DNA from: Blastocatellia bacterium
Lineage (GTDB): Bacteria; Acidobacteriota; Blastocatellia; UBA7656
Direction: 5' to 3'
Length of the DNA: 64,000 nt
Assembly: GCA_963765495.1 (NCBI GenBank)
Contig: CAVXWP010000001.1
Location: 462,628-526,627, forward strand
The translations under genes and the position numbers were made by a program. Positions 46,321-57,174 of the stretch are shown here, in pieces. The first letter of the stretch is position 1. Every line of letters begins with the position of its first letter. A model generated the notes under the pieces. It saw only the letters and a list, made by a program, of their open reading frames with translations, made no database searches and was not told the DNA's origin.

Positions 46321-49029
46321 TTACGGCTTGGCTTCGACCCAGTTGCGGCCTACGCCGAGGTCAACCGTCAGCGGGACCGCAAGTTTGTAAACCGTTTCCA
46401 TCTCTTCGCGCACCACTGCGGTTGTGCGTTCAACTTCGGCTTCGGGCACTTCAAGCAGCAGTTCGTCGTGAACCTGAAGTATCATCCGTGCGCCGAGCCG
46501 TTCGCGGATCAGCCGGTCGTGGACGCGAATCATAGCCATCTTGACCAGGTCGGCAGCGGTGCCCTGAAGTGGCGCGTTGATCGCTTCGCGTTCTGCGCGG
46601 GCGCGAAGGTTGTGGTTGCGATTGTTGATATCAGGGATAGGCCGTATGCGCCCGAACAGGGTCTTTACCAGCCCGGTCTCGCGCACACGCTCGGGCGTCT
46701 CTTCCATATAGCGGCGCACGCCCGTGTATGTCTCGTAATAATTATCTATCGCCTTTTTGGCCTCGGCTCTGGTCAGCCCGGTCCTTTGCGCCAGCCCGAA
46801 CGGGCCTACATCATACGCGATGGCAAAATTGACTACCTTGGCAAGGCGGCGATATTCGGCCTCTTCCTCGGGGGTCTTCGCGCCAAACACGGCCCGCGCC
46901 GTTCGCGCGTGTATATCTTCGTTATGATTGAACGCTTCGGTCATCACAGGGTCGCCGGTCAGGTGCGCGAACAGGCGGAGTTCGATCTGTGAATAATCGG
47001 CCGACATCAACAGATAACCGGGCGAAGGCACGAAAGCCGCACGAATGCGGCGACCGAGTTCCGAGCGTATCGGAATGTTTTGAAGATTTGGATTAGTGGA
47101 TGAGAGCCGCCCCGTCGCCGCAACCGCCTGATTCAACGTAGTGTGAACGCGGCCCGTTCGCGGGTCTATCAGCTTCGGCAGCGCGTCAACATATGTGTTC
47201 TTGAGCTTTGTGATCTCGCGATATTCGATAATCAGCCGGGGCAGTTCATATTTGGCGGCAAGCTCTTCGAGCACGTCGGATGATGTTGATATGCGCCCGG
47301 TCTTTGTTTTGCGGCCGACTTCGAAATTTAGCTTCTCAAAGATTTCGCCAAGCTGAACGGTCGAATTGATATTGAACTCTTCTCCGGCAAGCTTGTAAAT
47401 CTCTCCGGTGAGCCGACTGATCTCGGCCTCCATCCCACGGTTTGCCTCTTCAAGCGCGCCGGTGTCGATGCGTACGCCTATGCGCTCCATCTCGAAGAGT
47501 ATCTCGACCAGAGGCAATTCTATATCGTTATAGACGCGTTCGAGTTCGGCCGTCTCAAGGCGTGCGCGCAAAACGTCCGCGAGGTGAAATGTGAGATCGG
47601 CCGCCTGCAATGCCTGCGCGTCCGAAGCATCGAAATCGTCTACGGTTTCGGCCAGTTCCAACCCCAGGTATTCTCGCGCAAGGTCGGCTACGCGGTAGCC
47701 GGTTCGATTCGGATCGAGCAGATAAGCCGCAAGCATCGTATCCTCTTCAACGCCTTCGATGCGAATGGCGGGTTCGAAATCGCGAATGCACCCGTCGCTT
47801 GATCCTTCCGAGGCGGGCGACTGTCCGCACACATAGCGGTCAAGCGCCGTGAGCGCCCCCTTCCAATCGTGCACCGATTTTCGTAAGAGACCGTTTTCCA
47901 GCACCTCTTTTACGCCTGTCAAAGGATCAATTCCAGGTTCAAATTTCTCGAAATCAATCAACGCGGCATTCATCATAGCCGTAGAGATCGCGATGCCGTA
48001 AGGCACGCCTCCGCGCTCGGCTATGGACAGGGCTATGCGATCAAGCGACCAGAGCGATTTGATAAACTTTTCGAGTTCATTGGCGGTCGTGATTCGCGCG
48101 TATCTGGGCTTGCCGGGCTTGCGGGCCGCGACCGTGGCCACGGAATCGTGCGTGGCCGCATCGGCAAACTCGCGTGTGAGTTGCGAAAACTCAAGCTCGG
48201 AAAACAGTTCGTAAGCGGCCTTGCGGTCAGGCTCCTCGTAGCGCAGGGCTTCAAGGTCAAGCTCAATCGGCATGTCGCATTTGATCGTAGCCAGTTCCTG
48301 CGATTGGCGGATCAGCGGGATATTGTTTTTGAGGCTCTCGCGATAAGTCTTGCGCGATATTTCGTCGGCGTGAGCGAGCGCGTTTTCAAGTGTGCCGTAT
48401 TGCTGGATCAGTTGCTTTGCGCCTTTTTCACCTACGCCGGGCGCGCCCGGAATGTTATCGGATGAATCGCCCCACAGCCCCAGCAGATCGACTATCTGAT
48501 CCGGGCGCACGCTGAATTTCTCTTCGACCGCCTTCGCATCCATCAGAGTCATTCCGCCCGCCCGCTCCGTACGCAGCACCTTGACGTGCTCGTTTACGAG
48601 TTGACACATGTCCTTGTCGTTGGTCACAAGCACAACGTCAAGCCCGGCCTGGTCGGCTTTGCAGGCGAGAGTCCCGATGATGTCGTCGGCCTCGTATCCG
48701 GGCACTCGCGTGAGAGGAACGCGCAAGGCTTCACACACGCGCTCGATGTAGGCAAGCTGCGGGACAAGATCATCCGGCATAAGCCCTCGCGTGGCCTTGT
48801 ATGCCTCGAAGGAGTCGTGACGAAACGTGCGTTCCGGGGAATCGAATGCCACACCCAGATAATCGGGCTTTTCCGAAGCGATCAACCGGCGCAACATCAT
48901 CGTGAATCCGTAGATCGCGTTTGTCGCAAGCCCGCTCGAATTCGTCAATCCGCGAATCGCGTAATAGGCGCGATATACCTGCGACATCCCATCGACCAGG
49001 AACAGTCGCTTGTTTTGAGTTTCGGCCAT
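46321..49029 (-). CDS. polA: DNA polymerase I
   Basis: N-terminal 5'-3' exonuclease (LFLVDGMSQVYRAYYA), polymerase motifs RRLAKVVNFAIAYDVGPFGL (motif B) and ILQVHDELLLE (motif C). 902 aa. Confidence 0.9.
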   Translation of the reverse strand: MAETQNKRLFLVDGMSQVYRAYYAIRGLTNSSGLATNAIYGFTMMLRRLIASEKPDYLGVAFDSPERTFRHDSFEAYKATRGLMPDDLVPQLAYIERVCEALRVPLTRVPGYEADDIIGTLACKADQAGLDVVLVTNDKDMCQLVNEHVKVLRTERAGGMTLMDAKAVEEKFSVRPDQIVDLLGLWGDSSDNIPGAPGVGEKGAKQLIQQYGTLENALAHADEISRKTYRESLKNNIPLIRQSQELATIKCDMPIELDLEALRYEEPDRKAAYELFSELEFSQLTREFADAATHDSVATVAARKPGKPRYARITTANELEKFIKSLWSLDRIALSIAERGGVPYGIAISTAMMNAALIDFEKFEPGIDPLTGVKEVLENGLLRKSVHDWKGALTALDRYVCGQSPASEGSSDGCIRDFEPAIRIEGVEEDTMLAAYLLDPNRTGYRVADLAREYLGLELAETVDDFDASDAQALQAADLTFHLADVLRARLETAELERVYNDIELPLVEILFEMERIGVRIDTGALEEANRGMEAEISRLTGEIYKLAGEEFNINSTVQLGEIFEKLNFEVGRKTKTGRISTSSDVLEELAAKYELPRLIIEYREITKLKNTYVDALPKLIDPRTGRVHTTLNQAVAATGRLSSTNPNLQNIPIRSELGRRIRAAFVPSPGYLLMSADYSQIELRLFAHLTGDPVMTEAFNHNEDIHARTARAVFGAKTPEEEAEYRRLAKVVNFAIAYDVGPFGLAQRTGLTRAEAKKAIDNYYETYTGVRRYMEETPERVRETGLVKTLFGRIRPIPDINNRNHNLRARAEREAINAPLQGTAADLVKMAMIRVHDRLIRERLGARMILQVHDELLLEVPEAEVERTTAVVREEMETVYKLAVPLTVDLGVGRNWVEAKP

Positions 49030-49126
49030 AAAAGGGATAGTACGGGCCGCCTTTTCTGAGTGTCAAGGAGACGCATCCGAGCGGGTGGGAATGGACCTAT
49101 TTTACTTCTGCCCGTCTGAGGTCCGA

Positions 49127-49160
49127 GAATTGAAATCTCAGATTTGAGATTTCGGATTGA
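49127..49160. repeat. Short palindromic heptamer element (aaatctcagatttgagattt), family E-related
   Basis: Visible in the polA upstream spacer. Confidence 0.5.
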
Positions 49161-49378
49161 AGCGTGTGCGCGCCCGCAATTCAGTCTAAAACATCCCGGC
49201 AGATATTATCGGGGAAGCGCAGGCACGGCGACGCCAGCTAAAGTGGATTCCGGCCGCTCACTATTAACGCATCACTGGCGCATAAGACCGGCGATCTGTC
49301 AGATATGGTCTTTTGTCGCCACCCGGACTTGTTGGTCGTAAGTGGCCGCCGCCCCCGTGCCTTCGCTTCCCCAATTCC

Positions 49379-52300
49379 CTAACTCGATTTCGGTTTCTTT
49401 CTCTTGTAAGAAAACTCCGGCGTAGTCTGCCCGGTCTTGGGCACCACGACGATTACATTTACAAATTTGCCCTCGGGGACACGCTTATTCATCTTCTTAT
49501 CATTGCTGCTGATTCGCTTGCAGATGTTTGTGGATGAATCGCATTTCTCGTTAAAGACGAGTTTTTTCATCTTCTGACCATCTACATAAATGTTGGTCTG
49601 GTTCATGCGGAAGTTTCTGCCGAATACCTGAAGCTGGCCTTTCTTTCCGCCTTCGGGGTCGAAATCAACCTCTGTGATTATCGGCAGCGGCCACACTTCG
49701 AATTTACCGGCGGAAGTGACGGTGGCGGAATTGCCCGCGCCGTCGTAAAGCGTTATCCGCACTTTGCCTTTTGTCGTGTCGAGTGGCGCAGGCACCTGCC
49801 AGTCATAGCTCTGCTGCTCGCCGCTGCTCGGCGCTATGAGCGAGATTATCCGCTGGAAGGTCGTGCCGTTGTCGGTCGAAAGCTCTATGACTCGCTGCAC
49901 AACGCCCACGTTGTCATTTTCGGTCCACTTGATGGTTGCGACCGTACCGCCGCCGAGCACAGTGTCTGTGTTTGGCGAAAGCAGCAACACATCCGGCGGG
50001 GAAGTGTCGGGTGGGCCGTTGACTATCTCGAACGGATTTGCGGACACAGACGAGACAGGCAGATTGACACCATCAAGCGCCGTGACCTTTATCCTTCCGA
50101 AAGGCGTTGGGAAGGATGGTATCTTCCAATCGAAGGTGCGCGCGGTTCCGTTGAGCACGGCTATGGTGTTATAGGTCACACCGTTGTCGGAGGAGAACTC
50201 TACGCGCTGGCTTTGAATCTCTTTATCGTCGGATGCATCCCAGAGGATGCGGACAAGATCGCCCACCATAAGTCGTTCCCCGCCCTGTGGATAAGAGAGT
50301 TTGACCGTCGGCGGATCATCCGTGCTTCCGCCGCCGCCGCCGCCGTCTCCACCACCATCGTCCTGCGGCTGCGCGTTATAGGCGACAAGCGCGAAATCCT
50401 GATCGGTCGCATCTCCATTGCCGGGCACTCCGTCGCCCGCGATGGTTGCGGCCACTACGTGGATTGTAAATTCGCCTGTGACGCCTTCGGGCAGCCAGAC
50501 CGATTCCACGTTGTTCAATTTATCCGCTACGCCGGATTCAACCGATATCGTTCCCGCGAAATTGTTTCCCAGGTAGGTCTTTCCGCCGATTTCCACGCGG
50601 AGGTCGAGGTCGTTTACAACAGGGTTTCCGGCGGGCGAGCCGGGCGCATCCGACCAGGCCAGCGTAACGCGGAAAGGTTTTGTCGGGTCGGCGACAAAAC
50701 CGCTCAGGGTAAACTCTTCGCCGGTAGCCTTGAGCATCTGGTCCTCATCCACCGACATTCGGCTCACGCCGTCAAGCGCGCGGCCTATATTCAAGAGTCC
50801 CCACCCCTGGCTATTGCCCGGCAGGTTGTCGCCGGCAAGCGTGCCCGTCAGGTAATCGGTAGAGTTGGTCAGAAATGCCTTGATCATCGCCGGGCTCGCG
50901 GGTCGGCTGGTAGTCTCTTGAAAGTACTGTCGGATGAGAGCCGCCGCTCCGGCAACTGCCGGGGCCGAGTGGCTCGTACCTGATGACCAGGTGTAAAGCG
51001 ACTGGCCCGGAGGGAAATCTTTTGGTCCGCAGACACCCCCGGCATTGAAGGCGGGGTCCTGAGATTGCGCGCCCTGAATATGCGTGCCGGGCGCTACGAT
51101 TTCGGGTTTTACGCGCCCGTCGGTAGCCGGGCCGCCGGAGGAAAAACTTATTACCGAATTTACGTCACTGGCTCCCGACGATGGAATCTGGCATCCGTCG
51201 GTGGCCGTGGGTCTGAAGTTCTGGCTCGCGCCCACGGTGATTACGTTCTTGGCCGTTCCCGGCGACGAGAGATGTCCGTTTGGTCCCTGATTGCCCGAAG
51301 AAAATACTATGGTCATCTCCTGATTGCCCGAGACTGACGAGCGCGCGTCTCTCACAAGCACGTCGTAAAGCTGGCTGTCGAGCGAGTATGCATTATTGGC
51401 GGCTCCCCAGCTATTGCTCGAAATGCGAGCGCCGTTGCGGTACATCCCGTCTACCATCGAGGCGAGGCTCGGATTGGTATAAGACGGAGCGAATATCTTT
51501 GTGGAGCCAAGCTTGACGAACGGGTGGATTCCAAGCCCGTAGCTGTATCCCACCGAATCAACATAAGGGAAGGCTGTGCCCGTATTGTAGCCGCCTATGA
51601 TCGAGGCGTTGATTGTTCCGTGGCCGGTCGTATCATTTATGGGCGAATCGCTTTCCTCGCTGCCTTCCACGTATCGGGCATAGACTACGCGAGCTACGCC
51701 CGCGACATTCAGGAAATCCGGGTGCAGCACCTCGGGGTCGAGCACGCCTCTATCCATTCCGCTGTCGGAAACGTCTACGATAAAATCCGGCGTCGAGGCC
51801 AGCCCTTTTGATTGCAGCCACGCGAGATACCCGGGCGGGTCGAGCACATTGCCGGAATGTTTTCCGGCGACTATCAGCCCCTGTCTTTCGTCGTGCAGTA
51901 CGGGCGCGTGCCACTCTTCGATCCAGACAACATCGCTTCCGCGCGCTATCTGCGCAAGCTCGGATGTGCGCACGTTCATCCGCACGTTTCTGTATTTGAG
52001 AACATCGACAGGCTCGCCCACGACCCGTCCTGAAAGCGTTCTCACGGCAAGGTTTTGCATCTGTGTATCGGGCTGAAGGTCCTTCACGAGTTGAACCGTG
52101 ACGGTGATCTCCCTGTCGGAGTCGAGGGAAATTTCAGGCGCGATCTTATAGGCGGGTTTGTAAGCGCCCGACCATTGAACGAATCCCCCATTGGCAACCG
52201 CGAGGCGGTTGATACGATTCAGGTTGCTCTCGCTTGCGCGAACGAGAAAGGCGTTATTGGGAATATAATTGATGATTTCAGCGGCTTCGGCCAACTGGTC

Positions 52301-52762
52301 GATCCACTCGCGTTTGGCCGGACCTACCATCTGAACGAGGTAGAGCTGTTCAACGGCCGGGTCGGGCCTGGCAAGCGCGTTTACGGTTGGAAGCTCGCCT
52401 TCGGTAGTATCAAAGGCCCCGGCTCTCAGGAAAATAACATTCATATCGTCGCGCACTGCCGACCCCGCGGCCGAGGCTACGCTGAGCATTTCGGCGGCCT
52501 GTCCCGGCGCGTCGAGCAATGCAAAAGCCCCGTAATCGGCAATGACCGAGCCTCCCTCAGCCAGTAAACGGTCGCGCAGTTGTTGCTCCCCGGCATAAAC
52601 GATGACCTTATGAGCTGATGTTTTACTGCGATAAAATGAATTGAACTGCGGCTGCGGGTTTGCGCGCGGCGCGGAATCTGATCGAGCGGGAAGATTGCCC
52701 GCCGACACGAGCGCAAGAACGAATACTGAGACGCAAAGAATATGTAGCTTGAATCGAGACAT
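49379..52762 (-). CDS. Large secreted S8 subtilisin-like peptidase with multiple C-terminal beta-domains
   Basis: Signal peptide, triad contexts VDVSDSGMDRG (Asp), TTGHGTINASIIGG (His) and SSGTSHSAPAVAGAAALI (Ser), a Gly-rich linker DDGGGDGGGGGGS, and repeated Ig-like C-terminal segments. Confidence 0.85.
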   Translation of the reverse strand: MSRFKLHILCVSVFVLALVSAGNLPARSDSAPRANPQPQFNSFYRSKTSAHKVIVYAGEQQLRDRLLAEGGSVIADYGAFALLDAPGQAAEMLSVASAAGSAVRDDMNVIFLRAGAFDTTEGELPTVNALARPDPAVEQLYLVQMVGPAKREWIDQLAEAAEIINYIPNNAFLVRASESNLNRINRLAVANGGFVQWSGAYKPAYKIAPEISLDSDREITVTVQLVKDLQPDTQMQNLAVRTLSGRVVGEPVDVLKYRNVRMNVRTSELAQIARGSDVVWIEEWHAPVLHDERQGLIVAGKHSGNVLDPPGYLAWLQSKGLASTPDFIVDVSDSGMDRGVLDPEVLHPDFLNVAGVARVVYARYVEGSEESDSPINDTTGHGTINASIIGGYNTGTAFPYVDSVGYSYGLGIHPFVKLGSTKIFAPSYTNPSLASMVDGMYRNGARISSNSWGAANNAYSLDSQLYDVLVRDARSSVSGNQEMTIVFSSGNQGPNGHLSSPGTAKNVITVGASQNFRPTATDGCQIPSSGASDVNSVISFSSGGPATDGRVKPEIVAPGTHIQGAQSQDPAFNAGGVCGPKDFPPGQSLYTWSSGTSHSAPAVAGAAALIRQYFQETTSRPASPAMIKAFLTNSTDYLTGTLAGDNLPGNSQGWGLLNIGRALDGVSRMSVDEDQMLKATGEEFTLSGFVADPTKPFRVTLAWSDAPGSPAGNPVVNDLDLRVEIGGKTYLGNNFAGTISVESGVADKLNNVESVWLPEGVTGEFTIHVVAATIAGDGVPGNGDATDQDFALVAYNAQPQDDGGGDGGGGGGSTDDPPTVKLSYPQGGERLMVGDLVRILWDASDDKEIQSQRVEFSSDNGVTYNTIAVLNGTARTFDWKIPSFPTPFGRIKVTALDGVNLPVSSVSANPFEIVNGPPDTSPPDVLLLSPNTDTVLGGGTVATIKWTENDNVGVVQRVIELSTDNGTTFQRIISLIAPSSGEQQSYDWQVPAPLDTTKGKVRITLYDGAGNSATVTSAGKFEVWPLPIITEVDFDPEGGKKGQLQVFGRNFRMNQTNIYVDGQKMKKLVFNEKCDSSTNICKRISSNDKKMNKRVPEGKFVNVIVVVPKTGQTTPEFSYKRKKPKSS

Positions 52763-53129
52763 TTGACACCTGCCTGGGTTATGCAGACACGTTTCTTAAC
52801 CAGTCCGGCACAGGCCGACCATTAAAAGCGACCATTAAAAGAGTGATCAAAAGATTTGTTCATTCAACCAGACTTACGTGTTTGCATGTGGGGGAAAATC
52901 AACGAAGGGGCAAACAAATAAACAACTTGCCAACTTGTGTGCGATGGTAAGATAAGGCCCTCCGAGTGTCAACACTTTTATCAGCCAAAAAACCAAACTT
53001 GTGCGCCCTGGCCGGTTGAGTTAGTTTCTTGGCGGCCTTTTTGTAGTTGGCGGTCCCGTTTTTTTCTCAATCAAATTTGAGGAGTTATGCGCATTCGCCT
53101 GATTGCTGTCTGAGCGCCCCTATGCGCCA

Positions 53130-53280
53130 CGGGTTTATTGTGGCTGCCCGGATGGCCCGAGATGGCCTGAGATGTGCTTCGCACACGGCGGGCGATGACT
53201 GTCATCGCGCTGACGACGGATTCGGGCAGGGACAAGCCCGCGCTGTGCGAAGCACATTATGCGCCAATCGCCCCTACATC
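53130..53280. repeat. Composite nested-palindrome element, family C copy
   Basis: Shares ttattgtggctgcccg.at...gcgatgac.gtcatcgc...attcgggcagggacaagccc...cccctacat with 5466-5590. Confidence 0.8.
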
Positions 53281-53420
53281 TTATCCGACTTTGCAACAGC
53301 CCTGCATATCTATCGCGTTCCATTGAAAAGTATTGAGGACAGATGCTACGCTATCAACCTGCGATGGCCCCGTGCGATCCCGAGACCATCCCTTTTAATC
53401 GGTTGGAGGCAAGAACTACT

Positions 53421-55851
53421 AGTGGGAGCCGATTACGCCGGAAGCAAGGCGAGAATATACTGCGGGGTCTTTCTCATCAGTCTCTCCATTTTAATGCTTG
53501 AGCTGGTGCTGACTCGTATATTCTCCGTAACGATGTATTACCATTTCGCCTTCATGGCAATCTCGATAGCCTTATTTGGGTCAGGTGCAAGCGGTGTATA
53601 TGTTTATCTGAAATCAAGACGCTTCACCCAGGACCGCGCGCTCAAAGACATGGCCGTGTGCTCTATGGGGATGTCGGTCTCCATACTGATTGCCCTCGTT
53701 GTTTTGCTCAATGTGAGTGTAGGGCTTGTTCCCTCATTTCGCAGCTATCTGACGCTGACGGCTCTTTATCTGGTCTCGGCCGGACCGTTCTTTTTCGGCG
53801 GCATAATCATATCGCTTTCGATGAAGCATCTGGCGGCCACATCGGGGAAGCTCTATTTTTTCGATTTGATCGGCGCAAGCCTCGGGTGCCTGATGGTGAT
53901 TCCGGCGCTGAACTGGCTTGGCGGGCCGGGGGCCATGATGGCAGTAGCGATCATTGCCGCGTCAAGCGCCCTTGCCTTTTCGTGGAAGATAGAGGACGGG
54001 CGCAAACTCACGCGCCTGGCCCTCGTGCTTGCGACGGCGGTTATAGCGCTTGCGGCCTTTAATCAGAGATTCAATATCCTGGCCGTCAGATGGGCAAAGG
54101 GGCTGCCTGAAAAGCCTTCTATTTTCGCAAAGTGGAATTCATTTTCACGCGTGACCGTCTCAGGCGACCTGAGCGATGTAAAGCCGTTGTGGGTAACTAT
54201 AGATTCCGACGCGGCCACGCCCATCCTCCATTACAGCAACAATGCCGACGCGATGGATTACGTAGAGCGAGCCGTTTCGGCGCTCGCTTATCAGATAAAG
54301 CCTGCGCCCCGTGTGCTGATCATAGGTCCGGGCGGCGGGCGCGAGGTTGTGACCGCGCTTGAATCAGGGAGCCGGGATGTTACGGGTGTCGAGGTCAATG
54401 GAATCATTGTCCAGGACGTGATGCAGCAGGAGCCCTATAGAAGTTTTTCCGGCAATCTTTACAACCGGCCGGAAGTCAAAGCCGTGGTGGACGAAGGCCG
54501 CAGCTACATACGCGCAAGCAGCGAGCGTTACGACATAATTCAAGCCTCGCTCATAGATACGTGGGCCGCCAATGCGGCGGGCGCGTTTGCGCTGACGGAA
54601 AACAACCTCTACACGGTCGAAGCCTTCAAGCAGTACATGGATCACCTGAATGATGACGGCATTCTGACCATGACGCGATGGCTGCTCGACCCTCCGCAGC
54701 AGGAGCTTCGGCTGGTCAGCCTCGCCCGCGAGTTGATGGCCCGCGAGGGCGTGCCAAATCCTGAACGCCACCTCGCCATATTCAAAGCGCCGGGGCGCGG
54801 CGAGCGCGTCGAAACCAGTTTCCTGTTTAAGAAGAGCGAGTTCACCGATGAGGAAGTGCGAACGCTTGAGGCTCACGCCGCCAGAACGGGCTGCGAAGTG
54901 ATGTACACGCCCCTGACCCGACCGGCAAATGTCTTTACCGAGCTTGCGACCACTTCCGACCGGGAAGCTTTCTATAACAAATATCCCATCAACGTGCGCC
55001 CGACTTTTGATGACAGTCCCTTCTTCTTCTATCACGTCGAGCTTGCCGACGTGCCGGAGGCATTTCGACTCACGAACGAATCGCAGAAGACAAACATGGG
55101 CGTATTCGTGCTGTTCAGCCTGTTGATTATAACCTTGATGCTTGTGGCGGCATTCATACTCGGCCCTCTCATTCTATCGAAAGGGCGTTTGATTACCGAT
55201 TCTCCGGCATCTACCCTGACCCGGTTGCTTTACTTCGGATTTCTGGGGCTGGGATTCATCATCATCGAGATGGCGATGATTCAACGGTTCATACTCTTTC
55301 TGGGCCACCCCGTCTATGCGCTCGCCGTTGTGCTGTTTTCCATTCTGCTGTGGAGCGGTATGGGCAGCCTCGTGACCTCCAGGGTTTCAAACCGCAGACT
55401 TGAAACAAGCGCCGCGTGGGCGCTTGCGACCATCGCAATTCTTACTCTGATCTATGTGCAGGTGCTTCCCCTGCTGATAGACAGATTCGGCGGACAGGCA
55501 TTAGGCGTTCGAATGCTTATCGCGATAGTCTTTCTGATACCGCTGGCGCTGCTGCTCGGAATGCCCATGCCTTTAGGCATAAGACTTCTCAACCAGCGAG
55601 CGCCGCATCTGATCCCGTGGGCGTGGGGCATCAACGGCGCGACTTCTGTTATGGGGTCGGTAGCCTCGGTGATAATAGCCATGAACTGGGGTTTCAGTCG
55701 TGCGCTTGTAGTTGGCTCGCTAGCCTATCTGTGTTCGATGGTCTTGATAGCATTTCGCGCTCGCAGCGACCGGGGCCGGGCTTTCACCGAAACAGATGCT
55801 TCGGAAGCGAACTCCAGGCCGGAGCCGGTGCTGGTTCCCGCAGGCGATTGA
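53421..55851 (+). CDS. Fused membrane (MFS-like) / spermidine-synthase-like protein
   Basis: N- and C-terminal multi-TM regions flank a PABS/SAM-MTase-like core (VLIIGPGGGREV..., DIIQASLIDTWAANAAGAFALTENNLYTVEAFKQY...DDGILTM). The GTG start at 53421 after GGAGG was chosen because the upstream ORF portion runs through repeat C2. Confidence 0.55.
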
Positions 55852-55854
55852 TGA

Positions 55855-55969
55855 GGGGCTGATGCGTGATCCGTGATTCGTGATTAACCAGACTTGCAAG
55901 TTATCTTGAACCTGCGGCTGCCTGAAAATCACGGATCACGGATCACGCATCACGAATTACGCATCACGA
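55855..55969. repeat. Family D element upstream of the hypothetical gene at 55972
   Basis: Arm gatgcgtgatccgtgattcgtga, core ttaaccagacttgcaagttatctt, and arm cacggatcacggatcacgcatcacgaattacgcatcacga. Confidence 0.8.
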
Positions 55970-55971
55970 AA

Positions 55972-56724
55972 ATGAGCAATTTACTACGCGACACCTTTTC
56001 GACCATCTCATCTTCGGTCGAGGCCCGTCTGTTTGCAGAGTACGGCGCGGTCTTTGTTACCTCAGCCACGCCTCCGCCTGTCCTCATCTTTACCGATGCC
56101 GCGGAGGTTGAGCAGTACCAGTTATCTCTGCCGGTCAAAAGCGCCCTCCTTGGAGAGCATAAGATAGAGCTTCAATCGGAGGCGCTTGTTCGGTTGACTC
56201 AGGCCGCCGCCGAAATTGAAGCTCGGGGAGGCCGCATCACCGCCCGCGCAAGTGATTCGGGAAGGCGCTCATTTGATGAGACCACGAATCTCTGGAATCG
56301 CAATCTGACTCGCGGCCTTGAGCACTGGCAAAATCTCGGTCGAATGGATTTCAATCAGGCGCGTGAAATTCGCGAGGCCGCCCTGACAGATCAAATAGCA
56401 ATTGTCCTGGACATCGAAGAAGCCAGCCAGCTTTACTTCGGCACATATTTCGACAGGACTATACTTTCATCCGTAGCCGCGCCCGGCGCTTCTCAGCACC
56501 TCTCGATGCTCGCCTTCGATGTGGCCGAGTTTCAAGATGAGCAGGTCGAAGGCGCGCTAAACCATTCGGGCTGGTTTCGAACGGTTGTGAATGACCTCCC
56601 TCATTTCACATTCCTCGGTCGCAGCGAAGATGAGCTTCCCAGTCTCGGGCTCAAACAATACACCTGCGAGTACGGCTCGCGAAACTATCTATTCTGGATT
56701 CCTGATCTTGAGGCGCTTCGGTAG
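55972..56724 (+). CDS. Hypothetical protein (possible M15/VanY-like zinc peptidase fold)
   Basis: A 251-aa ORF. SQHLSMLAFDV (SxHxxxxAxD) and ...LPHFTF weakly resemble M15 zinc ligand motifs. The assignment is tentative. Confidence 0.45.
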   Translation: MSNLLRDTFSTISSSVEARLFAEYGAVFVTSATPPPVLIFTDAAEVEQYQLSLPVKSALLGEHKIELQSEALVRLTQAAAEIEARGGRITARASDSGRRSFDETTNLWNRNLTRGLEHWQNLGRMDFNQAREIREAALTDQIAIVLDIEEASQLYFGTYFDRTILSSVAAPGASQHLSMLAFDVAEFQDEQVEGALNHSGWFRTVVNDLPHFTFLGRSEDELPSLGLKQYTCEYGSRNYLFWIPDLEALR

Positions 56725-57030
56725 CGCGAGATGCACATTTATGTCTCAACCGTGTGAAAGTAATGTGCCTACAGAGCGCGAATCAAAATTCATCTCAAAA
56801 GAGAAACCACGCCTTGAGATAGTTGTTTTCCGAGCAATTACGCAAGTTAGCGTCAAAATTGAAAAAAACGCGTCGCGATTTGAGTCTGTGGCACACAGGT
56901 TGTTTAGGTAATAAGTGAGTTCGGATATAGATCTCGAACACTCACAAGCGTCCACAGTTCGCACGCTCGTTTATTGAATAATATTATTAAAACCAGGCGT
57001 GGCGTAGCCAAAGCGTATTGTGAAAATGAG

Positions 57031-57062
57031 AGGGGGCTTTAAGCCTCCTCTTTTACTTTTTA
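57031..57062 (+). terminator. Rho-independent terminator-like hairpin plus T-tract in an AT-rich spacer
   Basis: gagagggggctttaagcctcctc followed by ttttacttttt. It lies about 300 bp downstream of the nearest + strand gene. Confidence 0.4.
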
Positions 57063-57174
57063 CGCGGCTTTCAATTCATCGGCAATAATCTTTATCGCCT
57101 ACCAATTCTTATATCTTCATTGCATAACCACGGGGCAGGTTCAGTTTAATATGGATTGGATGTAGAATAGACGA

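Noticed and set aside
53047-53420. The long ATG start (53047) for the MFS/spermidine-synthase-like gene
   Set aside because: The extension reads through the family C palindromic element and an AT-rich leader, so the GTG at 53421 with GGAGG is more plausible.
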